A stretch of DNA of 64,000 nucleotides from Octopus vulgaris. Its lineage: Eukaryota. The number at the start of each line of letters is the position of its first letter. Position 1 is the stretch's first letter. Below the pieces are notes generated by a model. That model ran no database searches. It worked only from the letters and a program-made list of their open reading frames with translations, and had not been told where the DNA came from. Below are positions 40,055-51,633 of the stretch, piece after piece. The position numbers and the translations under genes were made by a program. Where the stretch lies: the NCBI GenBank assembly GCA_951406725.2, contig OX597814.1, positions 125,984,001 to 126,048,000 on the forward strand, given 5' to 3'.

Positions 40055-40362
40055 ATCACATTACAAGAGAAGTAGATACATAGATACATATATGGAGAGA
40101 AGAGGGCCACAAAGAAAGTGAAAGAGGAGAGAAAGTGAGAGAGACAGTAGATACATAAATCCAAAGAAAAGTTCATACATAGATACATACACACAGCAAA
40201 TATTGGACATCAATTTCACTTTTCATTACCACACGAGGATAAAATTAACTCACAAATGGCTGAGTACTCCACAGATATGCATAACATTAACATAGTTCTC
40301 AGGGAGATTCAACCTCACACAGAATATGTTGAGACTGGCCCCTTTGAATTACAGCTACAACT

Positions 40363-40407
<45 letters not shown>

Positions 40408-40699
40408 TGTATTTGTGTGTGTGTGTGTAGAGTTTAGGTTAGTTAAAACATGTTTGCAATAATAACTGTTGCGTGGTGGAAATAAATGCAATTACCAAAC
40501 TTTTATTCATAAATCCATCTATTATTCATTCATTTGCATTTCAATTTGTACGTTAAGTTTCTTTGAATATGTATGATGTATTTTACGGTTAAATAATAAT
40601 TCCATTTACGTTTGTGTAACTGAGATATTTTGGTTGGATTATATAGTCATTGGTGTTACATTACTTTCTGTATTCTGTAACTGTCACAATATACTTTTC

Positions 40700-40822
40700 T
40701 AGGCCTGAATTTTTTGATTAGATCGACCCCTGTACACAAATGATACTTAATTTATCAACCCCAAAAGGACAAAAGGTAAAATCAATCTCAGCAGAATTTG
40801 AACTCAGAATGTAAAGACAGTC
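40700..40822 (-). mobile_element. (ATT)n-tailed SINE fragment
   Basis: gatacttaatttatcaaccccaaaaggacaaaaggtaaaatcaatctcagcagaatttgaactcagaatgtaaagacag, shared with 50125-50332. Confidence 0.65.
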
Positions 40823-41482
40823 TGTCATAATATACAAACAGTTCTCATGGCACCAGTACACTGTTTACAGATGCTTACATTTTTTATGTTTTCTGTAAAT
40901 TTATCACGGGTCCAGCTAGTATATATAATAACAATAATGCCAGGATAGAATTTATAAATAATCACTACATACATTTCCACAGATCAGATGATTTTGACAT
41001 TAAACGGTAGCTAGAATAATGAAGTAGGAGCTTTATTTGAATATCCATAACGTTACCTAAACGAATTTGAAAGATAAGGATTGTTTCAATTTCCATCTAC
41101 CACATCCACTCAGAAGACTTTGGTCAGCCTGTGTCTATAGCAGAAGATACTTGCTCAAGGTAGTGCAAGCAATGAGACTGGATCCCACACCACATAGTAG
41201 GGAAGGGAACTACCTTACCAATTCTGTTTATATTTCTTGAAACATCATCATCATCATTGTTTAACATCTACCTTCCATGCTGGTATAGAAATAGTTGCTG
41301 ATATAAAACTGAACTTAAGAAGCAGACTTGACAAGGAAAGGATGGGTTGCTTCATATAAAATACAAATTCTGAAGTATTTTGGCAATGTTTATTTTTCAC
41401 CACTGAAGGCTTACAAACATAAACTGGGCAGTGTAGACATTGGTAATTCACAATTTCTGAACTATATTCAATCACACACGCA

Positions 41483-41571
<89 letters not shown>

Positions 41572-43545
41572 TTCATCATCTTTTTCTCCGATACCAGTCA
41601 TCTTTCTTACTAACCAGAACAATTTCACTTGCTATCCACCCTTCATTTTTAAAACTGTCCATCTCCACCTACATTTTATGTTGTTCACCCTTCTGTGCCA
41701 CCAAATTATCTCTCCTTCTCCACCACCACCACACATCTCTAATTCTTTCCATAAATTTTTGTAAACTTTACCTCCAACACTCCCTGTTCTTCTGTCTCTA
41801 CTCCCTTCTACTCACTTGGTATCTTGAGCTTTAACCTTGACACTTCATCACCTATTTTATCTCTATTTCCAGCTCCACCCCAGTTATTCCCACTCTCTCT
41901 TGAATAATGTGAATAACCATGTAGCTCCTGTACAGCAAGTCCATTGGCAACTTCTTTCAAACTTTAATCTCTCATTTTCCAGCATAAAATTACTTTCTTC
42001 TCTATCCTAGCCCCACTCTGTTATGTTCCCATTACTTAGCAGTAGTAGGTAAAAATATCTTTATAAATCTTTTGACAGAAATAGCAACCAAATCTCCCTC
42101 AAATCACAAATTATGTCTTGAAACAAAGTTATGTTGAATAAGGTGATTGTGGATTTCCAGTACATGAGAAAAAAACAGGATGGTCATGGCTGGAAGGCCT
42201 TTAATCATAGGTCTGCATTTATTTTCTTTGTCTCTTCTCTCTTTCATCTTCTCTCACACTGTTTCTTTATTTTCACCACTCATTCATTCTCTCTTTGTTC
42301 TTCAGTTGTTTTCTCATTTTCTTTCTCTTTCACTCTTCCTTCTCTAGTTCTCTTACACTCTCTCTCTCTCCCTCCCCCATTCCCCATTCTTCCTTCTCTT
42401 CTCTGCCTCTGTCTCTTCCTTATTCCTCTCCTCTCCATTCTTTTATCACCATATTATCCTCTTCCTTCCACATAACAATGTTAAAAACAAGCCAACAATG
42501 TTTGGCATATGGTTGTTGTTGTTGTTGTTGTTGTTGTCATTCAGTGCATCATCATCATTTACCTGAATGAAACAAACAACAGTTGTCTTTCTCAGAAGCT
42601 GATGAAAAAGATATCAAAATATTGGATTTCCTCTATAAACTACTGAAAACCATACAATAGTGAAGTGTATGCATTTGTGTGTGTGTTTATGTGAAATTGT
42701 GTATGTGAGTGAATGAATGCATGTCTCTATATGGTTCTTGTGAATATATGTGTGTTTGAGTGTATATGTATTTGTATGTGTGAATGTGTCTCTGTCAGTG
42801 TGTGTTTATGTATGCATGCAGATGTGTGTGTGTGTGTGTGTGTGTGAATGTACCTGCGTATCTTTGTCCGCCTATCAGTATGTGAGCATATTGGTAGTGA
42901 GTGTCTGTGTCTATGTAAATGTATGTAGCATGTGAGTGTGTGTATGAATGTATTTATGTATACTGTTGGATGTGTGTTTGTGTGTGATGTTGGTGTCCTT
43001 TCAGATTTTGCTGGTGTTAATATAAAGAGATGTTCCACCTCCAGTTATATTTACTCATCACTAGTCATGTAATAGCACCCAAATACCTCCTGCCTTGAGA
43101 GTTTATGAAAGCTATATGTACAAACCTTTTTCTCTAGACCACACCATTCTACCAGAAAAAGAAAAAAACATCTGGGACAGTGTTGCTGCTGTACACGATT
43201 CAAAACACACTTGAAAGAGAGCAATCTGGTTGATGGGTAAAAACTCACTAACCAACACATATCTAACTAATGGATATGCTCAGTCCTCTCTCTCTCTCTC
43301 TCCCCCTCTCAGTCCTCTCTCTCTCTCTCCCTCCCCCTCTCAGTCCTCTCTCTCCCTCTCCTCTTTCTCTACTATGACAGTGGCTTGTATTCCTCTGTGC
43401 TACCTAATTACATACCAGCCTTATCCATGTCCACATGTCACACCTGTATCTCACCACTTAGTTTTGTTCTAACCACTTTACCCAATCCTTCCATCCAAGA
43501 AACTTAACCATCTGAAATTCCTTCCTTGTTCACTTTTTACCAGCA

Positions 43546-43604
43546 GATGTGGTAAATGTTTAGTTTAAACATTTTTAATGTTTAAATTAAACATTTACCA
43601 CATC
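43546..43604. repeat. 28-bp-arm hairpin, 3-nt loop, one G-T mismatch
   Basis: gatgtggtaaatgtttagtttaaacatt-ttt-aatgtttaaattaaacatttaccacatc. Confidence 0.95.
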
Positions 43605-44108
43605 AATACCATTAGTGTGGTAGAAGCCAACCTGTAAAGGTCATAATCACAGTCCCCTCCAGCTGAGTGAAGCTATAAAAGCAAAAAGATACAAATGAAC
43701 CATTTGAAGAATTCTTGCTGCAGAATTTGCAGAAAATAAAACCTAAAATATTGTTAATTAAATATAATATAGTTTAGTTTAGTTTGTATTAGTTTTGTAA
43801 AATGTTTCTAAATATATGTTGTTAATTAAATGTTAGTACACTTGCTCTAATTACTTTATAGAATTTATGGATTAACTCTGATTGAAGTAACATTTCACAC
43901 TGAAATTTTGTTGAGTTAACATAAAAATACCATGCTTTCTAGTATTTGTAATGTGTTACAATTCATCAGCATAGACATATATCTGCATATCTCAACTACA
44001 TAAACATATATTTGCATATCTCAAATATAGTGGCATATCTATCCATCTCCATTACACAGATATATTTTTCTATATATTTCTACTATACACAGAATACATA
44101 TACATACT

Positions 44109-44530
44109 ATCATCATCATCACTATTTAACATCCATTTTCCATGCTAGCATGAGTTGAATGGCTTCACAGGAACTGGCATGTCAGAACACTGCACTAGCT
44201 CCAATGTCTGTTTTGGCATGGTTTTTACAGCTAGATACCCTTCCTGATCCCAACCACTTTACAGAGTGGACTTGGTGCTTTTGACATAGCACCAGCACTT
44301 GCAAGGTTGGTTTTGGAATGATTTTATGGCTGGATGTCTTTCCTAATGCCAACCACTTTACTGAATCGGCTGGGTGCCTTTTATGTGACAGCAGCACTGG
44401 TGAGGTCTGTTTTGGCATGATTTTTTTTACATCTGGGTGCTCTTCCAAATGCCAACCAGTGTACAGTGTGTACTAGATGCCTTTTACTTAGCACTGGCAA
44501 GCTCACCAAGTAACTCAGAAGACAAAAATC
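44109..44530 (-). mobile_element. (GAT)n-tailed element with three diverged tandem modules of about 100 bp
   Basis: ttttggcatg.ttttta...ct.g.tg...ttcc.aatgccaacca.t.tac.g at about 44211, 44311 and 44410. Confidence 0.75.
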
Positions 44531-44961
44531 CTTTGAGAGATGGGTGGGCATACTGGAGGAGATGACTGTGAGCCAGATGATGAGAGATTAGAGTAACAAA
44601 TGTCTTGTGAAGGAGATACATGGTTACTACAATTGGGTGGAATGAGAGAGAGAGAGAGCAAAAGTAAGAGAGATAGTGGCAATGTGCCAGAGCATACACT
44701 CAATGTATGGGATGAGGATACAAATTGGAAAGTGGAGCAAAAGGATGTGTGATAATACTATTCCACAGCCATACCAACAATCCAACATACCTCCATCATT
44801 AGCCACCCCATGGATATCATCATGGTTTCGACACCTGTAAGTAATTAAGATTCATTTGAATTAAGTACTTAAGTTGAAGTACCAGGTAAGTCTGGTGTTA
44901 TATGTTCAGTTTGAAGTAAGGAGAATAAAATCAAAATAAGTTACAGGATGTCAAGTAGTAA

Positions 44962-45047
44962 TGCAGTACAACTATTTCAAGTGTCTCCATTTAACTGAGC
45001 GATGTAATCATTACATCAATTTAAATACAGCACTATCTTCAGCTGCA
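44962..45047 (-). ncRNA. Type-I hammerhead ribozyme motif with extended stem II
   Basis: Minus strand: UGCAG-CUGAAGA-U-[AGUG...GAUGUAAU-G-AUUACAUC...CACU]-U-GAAA-UAGUUG-UA-CUGCA. Stem I is a perfect 5 bp; GUA triplet; predicted cut between plus-strand 44967 and 44966. Confidence 0.7.
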
Positions 45048-45310
45048 AGAAATATGGATTTTCAACAGACAAGATATACTAATATAATTTTTCTTTAATA
45101 TTTTAATGGAGCAGGAGGATGAAAGAATTTCATGTTGTCACTATTGCAGCAAGAATGGCTAAGAGAGCAAACTACAATATTTAGAGTGGCATGGGACACA
45201 GTGGGGGTTACAGGGTTATAATTCATTTACAACTTATCTATCTCCTTATCATGAACAAAAAATCTAAGGCTAGAAGACTGCATTTATTTAGAATAAAGAG
45301 CAAAGTGAGG

Positions 45311-45352
45311 TGACCAGTAGCCAGCTATGAGCTCATAGCTGGCTACTGGTCA
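45311..45352. repeat. Perfect 42-bp palindrome
   Basis: tgaccagtagccagctatgag|ctcatagctggctactggtca. Confidence 0.97.
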
Positions 45353-45721
45353 TAAATTTCATACTGCCTCATGTACCTCTCAACCCACAAAAAGAAACAA
45401 AACTTTAGAAAGAGTCAATTAGATAGTAGCAAATGTCTATAAAAGAGGTAAGGTAGGGGTGACATTAATTCAAGATGTTGTTACCAGTTAAAAGGGCATA
45501 CACTATGAAACTTAGGATGCTACAATGAGACCCAGGAAAACATTAGGGGCTTAGTGGGAGAACGTTTATAAGCAAATATTATTATGTTGTATAAAAATAA
45601 AAGTTTTAAAAAGTTTAAAAAGTGTATTTAAATTGATGTAATGATTACATTGTTCAGTTAAATGGAGCCACTTGAAACAGCTGTACTGCATTACTACTTG
45701 ACATTCTGTTACTTATTTTGA

Positions 45722-45774
<53 letters not shown>

Positions 45775-46411
45775 ATTTAGGAATGGTCATGTTGCCAGTT
45801 TAGCCAATAAAACACACACACTATATATTTGGTGTTAATTTGCTTCAGCTTTATATATTTTGTATTTTTTACATTAATCTTAATCTTATTTCGGCCAGAG
45901 TTCTTTTGTCACACTTCTGTGACCTCATCAGTGGTCCTTTGCTTTCTTCTTTCTTATTTGTGTGTCTCTCCTTACTAACAATCAGCCATTTTGTGAACGA
46001 ATCTGTACTATATGCATATCTACTACATATCTCTAATACATAGACATCTATCTGTCTCTAGCCTAGAGACTCATTAAACTGGAGCTTATGTTAGTTTTCA
46101 TATTTGAGTGAAAGAGTGAAAATACATTTAACTGAAAATACAAGACCCACTCCTGAAGGGACACCGATCCATTGTAGGGTTAAACCCCATTCCCTAGCTA
46201 CCATTTGACTCATTTTACCTAAGTGGACTTGAAGCAGTGTGACACAAAATGCAATGAAGTACAATGCATCATCACCCAGTCCAAGTATCAAACCCATAAG
46301 CAAATAATTATGAGCCCAATACAAAGCTATCAACTTCACACCTTAGCACATAGGCATGTATTACCAATGTAAATCTTTACTTCATAGATATATATCTATC
46401 AACATATCTCT

Positions 46412-46510
46412 CATCTGACTGGCCTGGTGCAGCTTTCGGGCTTCCCAGACCCCAGTTGAACCGTCCAACCCATGCTAGCATGGAAAGCGGATGTTAAACG
46501 ATGATGATGA

Positions 46511-46513
<3 letters not shown>
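46412..46513 (+). mobile_element. (GAT)n-tailed element, short young 3' fragment
   Basis: Near-identical reverse complement of 27016-27120. Confidence 0.85.
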
Positions 46514-46577
<64 letters not shown>

Positions 46578-46578
<1 letters not shown>

Positions 46579-46974
46579 GAGTGGCTGTGTGGTAAGTAGC
46601 TTGCTAACCAACCACATGGTTCCGGGTTCAGTCCCACTGCATGGCATCTTGGGCAAGTGTCTTCTACTATAGCCTTGGGCCGACCAAAGCCTTGTGAGTG
46701 GATTTGGTAAACGGAAACTGAAAGAAGCCTGTCGTATATATGTATATATATATGTGTATGTGTGTGTATATGTTTGTGTGTCTGTGTTTGTCCCCCTAGC
46801 ATTGCTTGACAACCGATGCTGGTGTGTTTACGTCCCTGTCACTTAGCGGTTCAGCAAAAGAGACCGATAGAATAAGTACTGGGCTTACAAAGAATAAGTC
46901 TTGGGATCAATTTGCTCGATTAAAGGCAGTGCTCCAGCATGGCTGCAGTCAAATGACTGAAACAAGTGAAAGAG
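46578..46974 (+). mobile_element. Full-length tRNA-derived SINE with CORE-like block (best copy in the window)
   Basis: Pol III A-box TGGCTGTGTGG (46582-46592), B-box GGTTCAGTCC (46625-46634), cttgggcaagtg CORE-like motif, internal TA/TG microsatellite, tail gactgaaacaagtgaaagag. Confidence 0.9.
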
Positions 46975-46980
46975 TATATA

Positions 46981-47114
46981 AATTTTTTGCGTAATGAGAT
47001 AATAAAAACCAAGGCTGTGTAGATATTAGTGCATTTATAGATAGAAGGTCTTCTATCTATAAATGCTCTAATATCTATACAGCCTTGGTTTTTTATCTCA
47101 TTATGCAAAAAATT
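46981..47114. repeat. 134-bp near-perfect palindrome
   Basis: aattttttgcgtaatgagat...atagatagaag-gt-cttctatctat...atctcattatgcaaaaaatt; three mismatches (two G-T) and one 2-nt indel. Confidence 0.95.
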
Positions 47115-48869
47115 CATACACACGCTGACATAGAACCAACATTGAACCCTTTATTCGCAATATTACCAAATCTGGAACTTAACTATGGTCTGTCTATAGC
47201 ACTTATTCAGCATTACCTGACAACTTTGGGTCTCATATACACATATATATATATCTGTCTAGACATCTGTACCACATGAGCCAACAACAGAGTTTCTAGA
47301 TTGTTCAACCAGGTAGAGATAGTAGCCAAACCTTAAAATCATCTCCTACCATCTTAGGAAAGGTCATGGCTGGAATGCTTTTATCATAGGTCTTTTTGAG
47401 AAGTGTTGACTTGGGATCAAGCAACAACATATCTCTCTCCATGTCTGTTTCTACTCTGTCACTTTAAATATGAGAAACTCCAAAGAAAAAGAAAAGATTA
47501 ACTAAATAAAAAAACACAATGTTTATAAAATAAAAATAATTAGATTTTCCTTAAATTACTGTTTAAAATCTGTTATTGTTTAGTTAAGTATGCTAAAAAA
47601 ACTGATAAATTGATAAATATAATAAGATTAGTTGAAGAAACAAATCTTTTGTATGTGCACTGGATTCCATTTTTTCACAGGAAATATTCCAGTGTTTCTA
47701 TCATCATCATCATCATTTTAATGTATTCTTTTTTACCTTTTAAAATTCCTCATTGCACCACTGCTGCTTTCTTCTGACTGCAGTAGCATTATTGTTTGGT
47801 GCAGAGACAGACCCAAACAATTTTCATTTTCTTTTTATTCTACTGCATTATGCTGCTCCTATTTTAGGTATCTGATGCACCATTTTCAAATGAGTAGATT
47901 ATCCCTAAAAGGAAATTGCCACATCTATTCCTTATTTTTCTTATTATTTATTGCCATTTTTTAAGCTCACATCTCTAATCGGGAGGGAAAAAATTGCTTT
48001 TGAATTAAATTAACAGTAAAACGACAACAATATATGTTCAATAAATAAACAAGGAAAAATAATTTTCTTTCACTAGTTTTATTTTGACTGTGGTAAATGA
48101 CAACATTTCTGCAAATTACTGCAATCAAGAAATATTCAGAATGCTAGTTTTGTTTATTTACAATTGTTTTGCTAATGTCAGCTCGTTAATGCACACACTA
48201 CAGTTGTCGCTAGAAAATCTCTCAGAAGCCATGATTTACTACCACAAGAATATTTTCTTTTATTTTCTTACATTTTTTTAATCTGCCTCTGAACAAGCTT
48301 TGCTCATGTTTCTGTTGCATCTACCAGAGAATGGTCCAGAATCATTAAGTCTTTGCCTGTATGCAGCAAATCAAAGCAGTTAATCTCCAAATTAAAAACA
48401 TCTGTAGGTTACAAGTCAGGAAGAAAATATATGCAGGAATTTTTTTTTTATTTCTTATATTTTGAGATGATTGCAATGCCAAGAAGTGACAAGGAATTCT
48501 AGGGTTCTCTTGTAGTAAAATGTCAACAGCATCTCACTAAGATTGATAACTACATCTTTTAATGTACAATTGTTTTGATTATAACTTGAAATAAAAGCAA
48601 CAAATATGAAGATATAATGCTTTTTGTTTAAATCATGGTATCTGAAATGGAATGACATGTCTCATGTCCTCTGTGGGGATAGTTAGAACTGATGTGGTTA
48701 AGCACAGAAATTGTTTTAATGTGGGGGCATATAATATAGCAAAAAGCTCCACAGTGTAGTAATGCTAAGAGTGAAGAATTTTTTAATGTAGCATAAATTT
48801 ACACAATTGGTTGAAAGTTAGATTTTGTAATGTCTGATTTGTAATGTCTGATTTGTAATTCCTGTTCTG

Positions 48870-49205
48870 TCGTCATCACCATCATCAATTTAATTTCCAC
48901 TTTTTCATGTTTACATGGTTAAGACAGAATTCCTTAGGACAAAGTTTCTTTGACTGGATGTCGTTCCTGTTTCCAACTTTCACATGTTCCAACAAATGTT
49001 TGAAAACAAAGGACACTGCTTATTTTACGACTATCATAAGATGTCAAGACAAGGAAACACAAACACATGTATACACACACATTTACATAAAAGATGGGTT
49101 TTCAGTTTTTCATTGACTTTGGTTAACACAGGGCTATAATAGAAGACACTTGCCCAAGGAACTACACAATAGTACTGAACTTGAAGCAAACATAACCACA
49201 CAACA
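48870..49205 (-). mobile_element. Degenerate SINE: (GAT)n-family 3' part joined to a CORE-type head
   Basis: catcaatttaatttccactttttcatg...ctggatgtcgttcctgtttccaac...ggctataatagaagacacttgcccaagg...aaccacacaac. Confidence 0.6.
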
Positions 49206-50124
49206 ATCATTATTCAACTCATACTTTTGTTGACTTAGAACGTTATCATTCTGGGCTTAAGATCATATCTAAATTAATGGTTCATAAATGATGAGCTGTA
49301 CATTTGTGTTATGCAACATGTAGTAAAGTGTTTCATGAAAATCATAAAATATTTAAATTAGTATATCCATGTTATGTCTATTTTTCTTTGCCAGAATGAG
49401 TTGGATGAATACTTATTGTTGAGGCATTATTTTACAGCTGGGTGCTTTTCCTGTCACTGACCCTTACCCTTTTTTTAAAGTAAAGGATTTATTTTTATTT
49501 TGCTTGCTTTCAAATCACAGACTTTGAAAGGCAAGTGACACTTGTATATGTATATTTGATAAAATATATAAATGGCTTTGTTAATAGATTTTTATTTTAT
49601 AGCACAATGTGTGTGACCAAAATGTTTTATTTGCTCAAAAGTCTAAGTAAAGCGAAAAAAAAAAAAATTGGAAACCACTGATCCAAATAAATAGACAAAT
49701 AAAATTCAAAATTATTTTGTTTTCTTTTGTCTTTCATTTACATCTATAACATATATTTTGTCACTGATGATTGCTTTCTGAAACACCAAGTACTTTTTAT
49801 AAGAGACTCATTATATATTTCACTGGTTCAGCCAATTATATGACTGGTAAATATTTTATTGATCTCTGATAAAGTCAGTCATAGAGGATTTAATCATTTA
49901 AACTGAGAAACATAAAGCACAAAGTACAATCTGTAAGAGATATTATGCAACTCTCTTTCTCTCTCTCTCTCTTCTCACTTTCTCTTTCTCCTTCTCTATC
50001 AATGTAGTTCATCACCATCACCAGCAGCAGCAGTAGCAGCAGTAACAACAGTACTCTCTTTCTCTACATCTCTACCATCTTATGGCCTGCATGGTGATTG
50101 TAGTGGGGAGTCAGACAAAAGTCC

Positions 50125-50332
50125 TTCTTACTCTAGGTACAAGACCTGACTTTTGGGTTGAGGTGCTAGTTGATTATATGGGCCCTAGTGCTCAACTGGT
50201 ACTTATTTTATCAACTTCAAAAGGATGAAAGTAAGGTTAACCTCAGTGGTATTTGAATTCAGAATGTAAAGACAGACAAAATACCACTAAGAATTTTACC
50301 TGATGTGCTAACAATTCTGCCTGCTCATGCCA
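50125..50332 (-). mobile_element. (ATT)n-tailed SINE, near full length
   Basis: ctggtacttattttatcaac...atttgaattcagaatgtaaagacag...gctaacaattctgcctgctc is the reverse complement of the 15915-16197 family. Confidence 0.75.
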
Positions 50333-51428
50333 ATTATAATGATGAGTTTAACTTGAAAAATGTCAGTGATGATGATGATAATAATTTTGTGAATCTAAGA
50401 TGAGCATTGTGTTTAGCTGTTCAGATTGAAATCTATAGTTTATTATGTAGTACACATTATGGTACTAAATTTGATCTTTTGAAGTTACAATGATTAATGA
50501 GTTTATAAACTAATTCACTTCTGAAAACTATGGTGGCTTTATTCCTTTATTCTTTTATTACTTTCATTCATTGGACTACATGAATGTGTCCCAGCCATGG
50601 GGCCACACTAACCTCATTACTTATTTCACACATCTACAATGGGGAAAAGCTAACAGATTGTTCATTGACAAGAGAAACGATAACAGCATCATCACCAGTA
50701 GCTCATGATTTTCAGAGAAGTCCATATGCAAACAATCACATAGATATGCACTAACACACAAGCACTCACAACACTGGGATTCTTTCAGTTTCTATCTAAC
50801 AAATTCACTCCCAGGGCATTGATTAGCCTGGGGTGATGCACAGTGGGACCTGAACTTGAAATCACATGGTTAGGAAGAAAACTTCACACATGCAGCCTAC
50901 AACATATATATGCAATTGTAGGCAAGGTAGGCAGTGCCTTTCCAGACAAAAACAACATATAATAATTATTAAATATACAAAGTAAGTGATTTCCAATTCA
51001 TTATAATAATGCTAATTTAATGCAACAAATTCTGTATATAATTCAGCAAATGGCTACTATTTTCATGTAAGACAAGCAGAATATCCACTGCCTTTCATGT
51101 TCAATGTTTATACTAGGCATAAAGCCATTAAATGCATGTGCTGTCATTTCAGCTCGATAATAAATAAAATTTAGTGAAAATACAAAGAAAATAAAAACTA
51201 CTTATGCTATGTCAATACAGGGTGAGAAGTGTGCGTGATTTGGGTGTTATATTACAGGTGTATTTGCTTCTAATGATTGAGCTAATTTTAAGAGATGTTT
51301 TATTCCATGAGAGTATATAAAATAGTAATAATATGTATACATGCATGCATTTATCCACACACATGTATATATATATATATATATATATACGATGATGATG
51401 ATGATGTGTGTGTGTGCATGTGTATGTA

Positions 51429-51473
<45 letters not shown>

Positions 51474-51598
51474 ACATAACACAGCTGCTTTAAAACTATG
51501 TACAACATTGAGTATATAAGTATTTATGGTTATATACATGCAAAGACATAGGTACAACTTGGTTTATTTGAATTTTTGAATTCCTAAAGATGTATGTG

Positions 51599-51633
<35 letters not shown>

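Larger units (their letters stand above)
44926..45726 (-). mobile_element. Non-coding Penelope-like remnant with 104-bp inverted arms (44926-45029 / 45623-45726), hammerhead motif and near-central palindrome
   Basis: Arms differ at about 7 positions. The left arm overlaps a full hammerhead motif on the minus strand; the right arm carries its 3' half (GAAA-CAGCTG-TA-CTGCA, 45674-45690). A TA-flanked MITE is the alternative reading. Confidence 0.65.

Noticed and set aside
43928-43972. CUGAUGA-hairpin-GAAA-GCAUGG-UA on the minus strand
   Set aside because: Six extra bases before GAAA, and stems I and III do not pair.
44815-44910. Possible additional hammerhead (…GGUGUC-GAAA-CCAUGA) next to the 44962 motif
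   Set aside because: No proper CUGANGA at the right position and no stem I.
46578-46650. tRNA-like A and B boxes
   Set aside because: SINE head; no complete cloverleaf, so not a tRNA gene.
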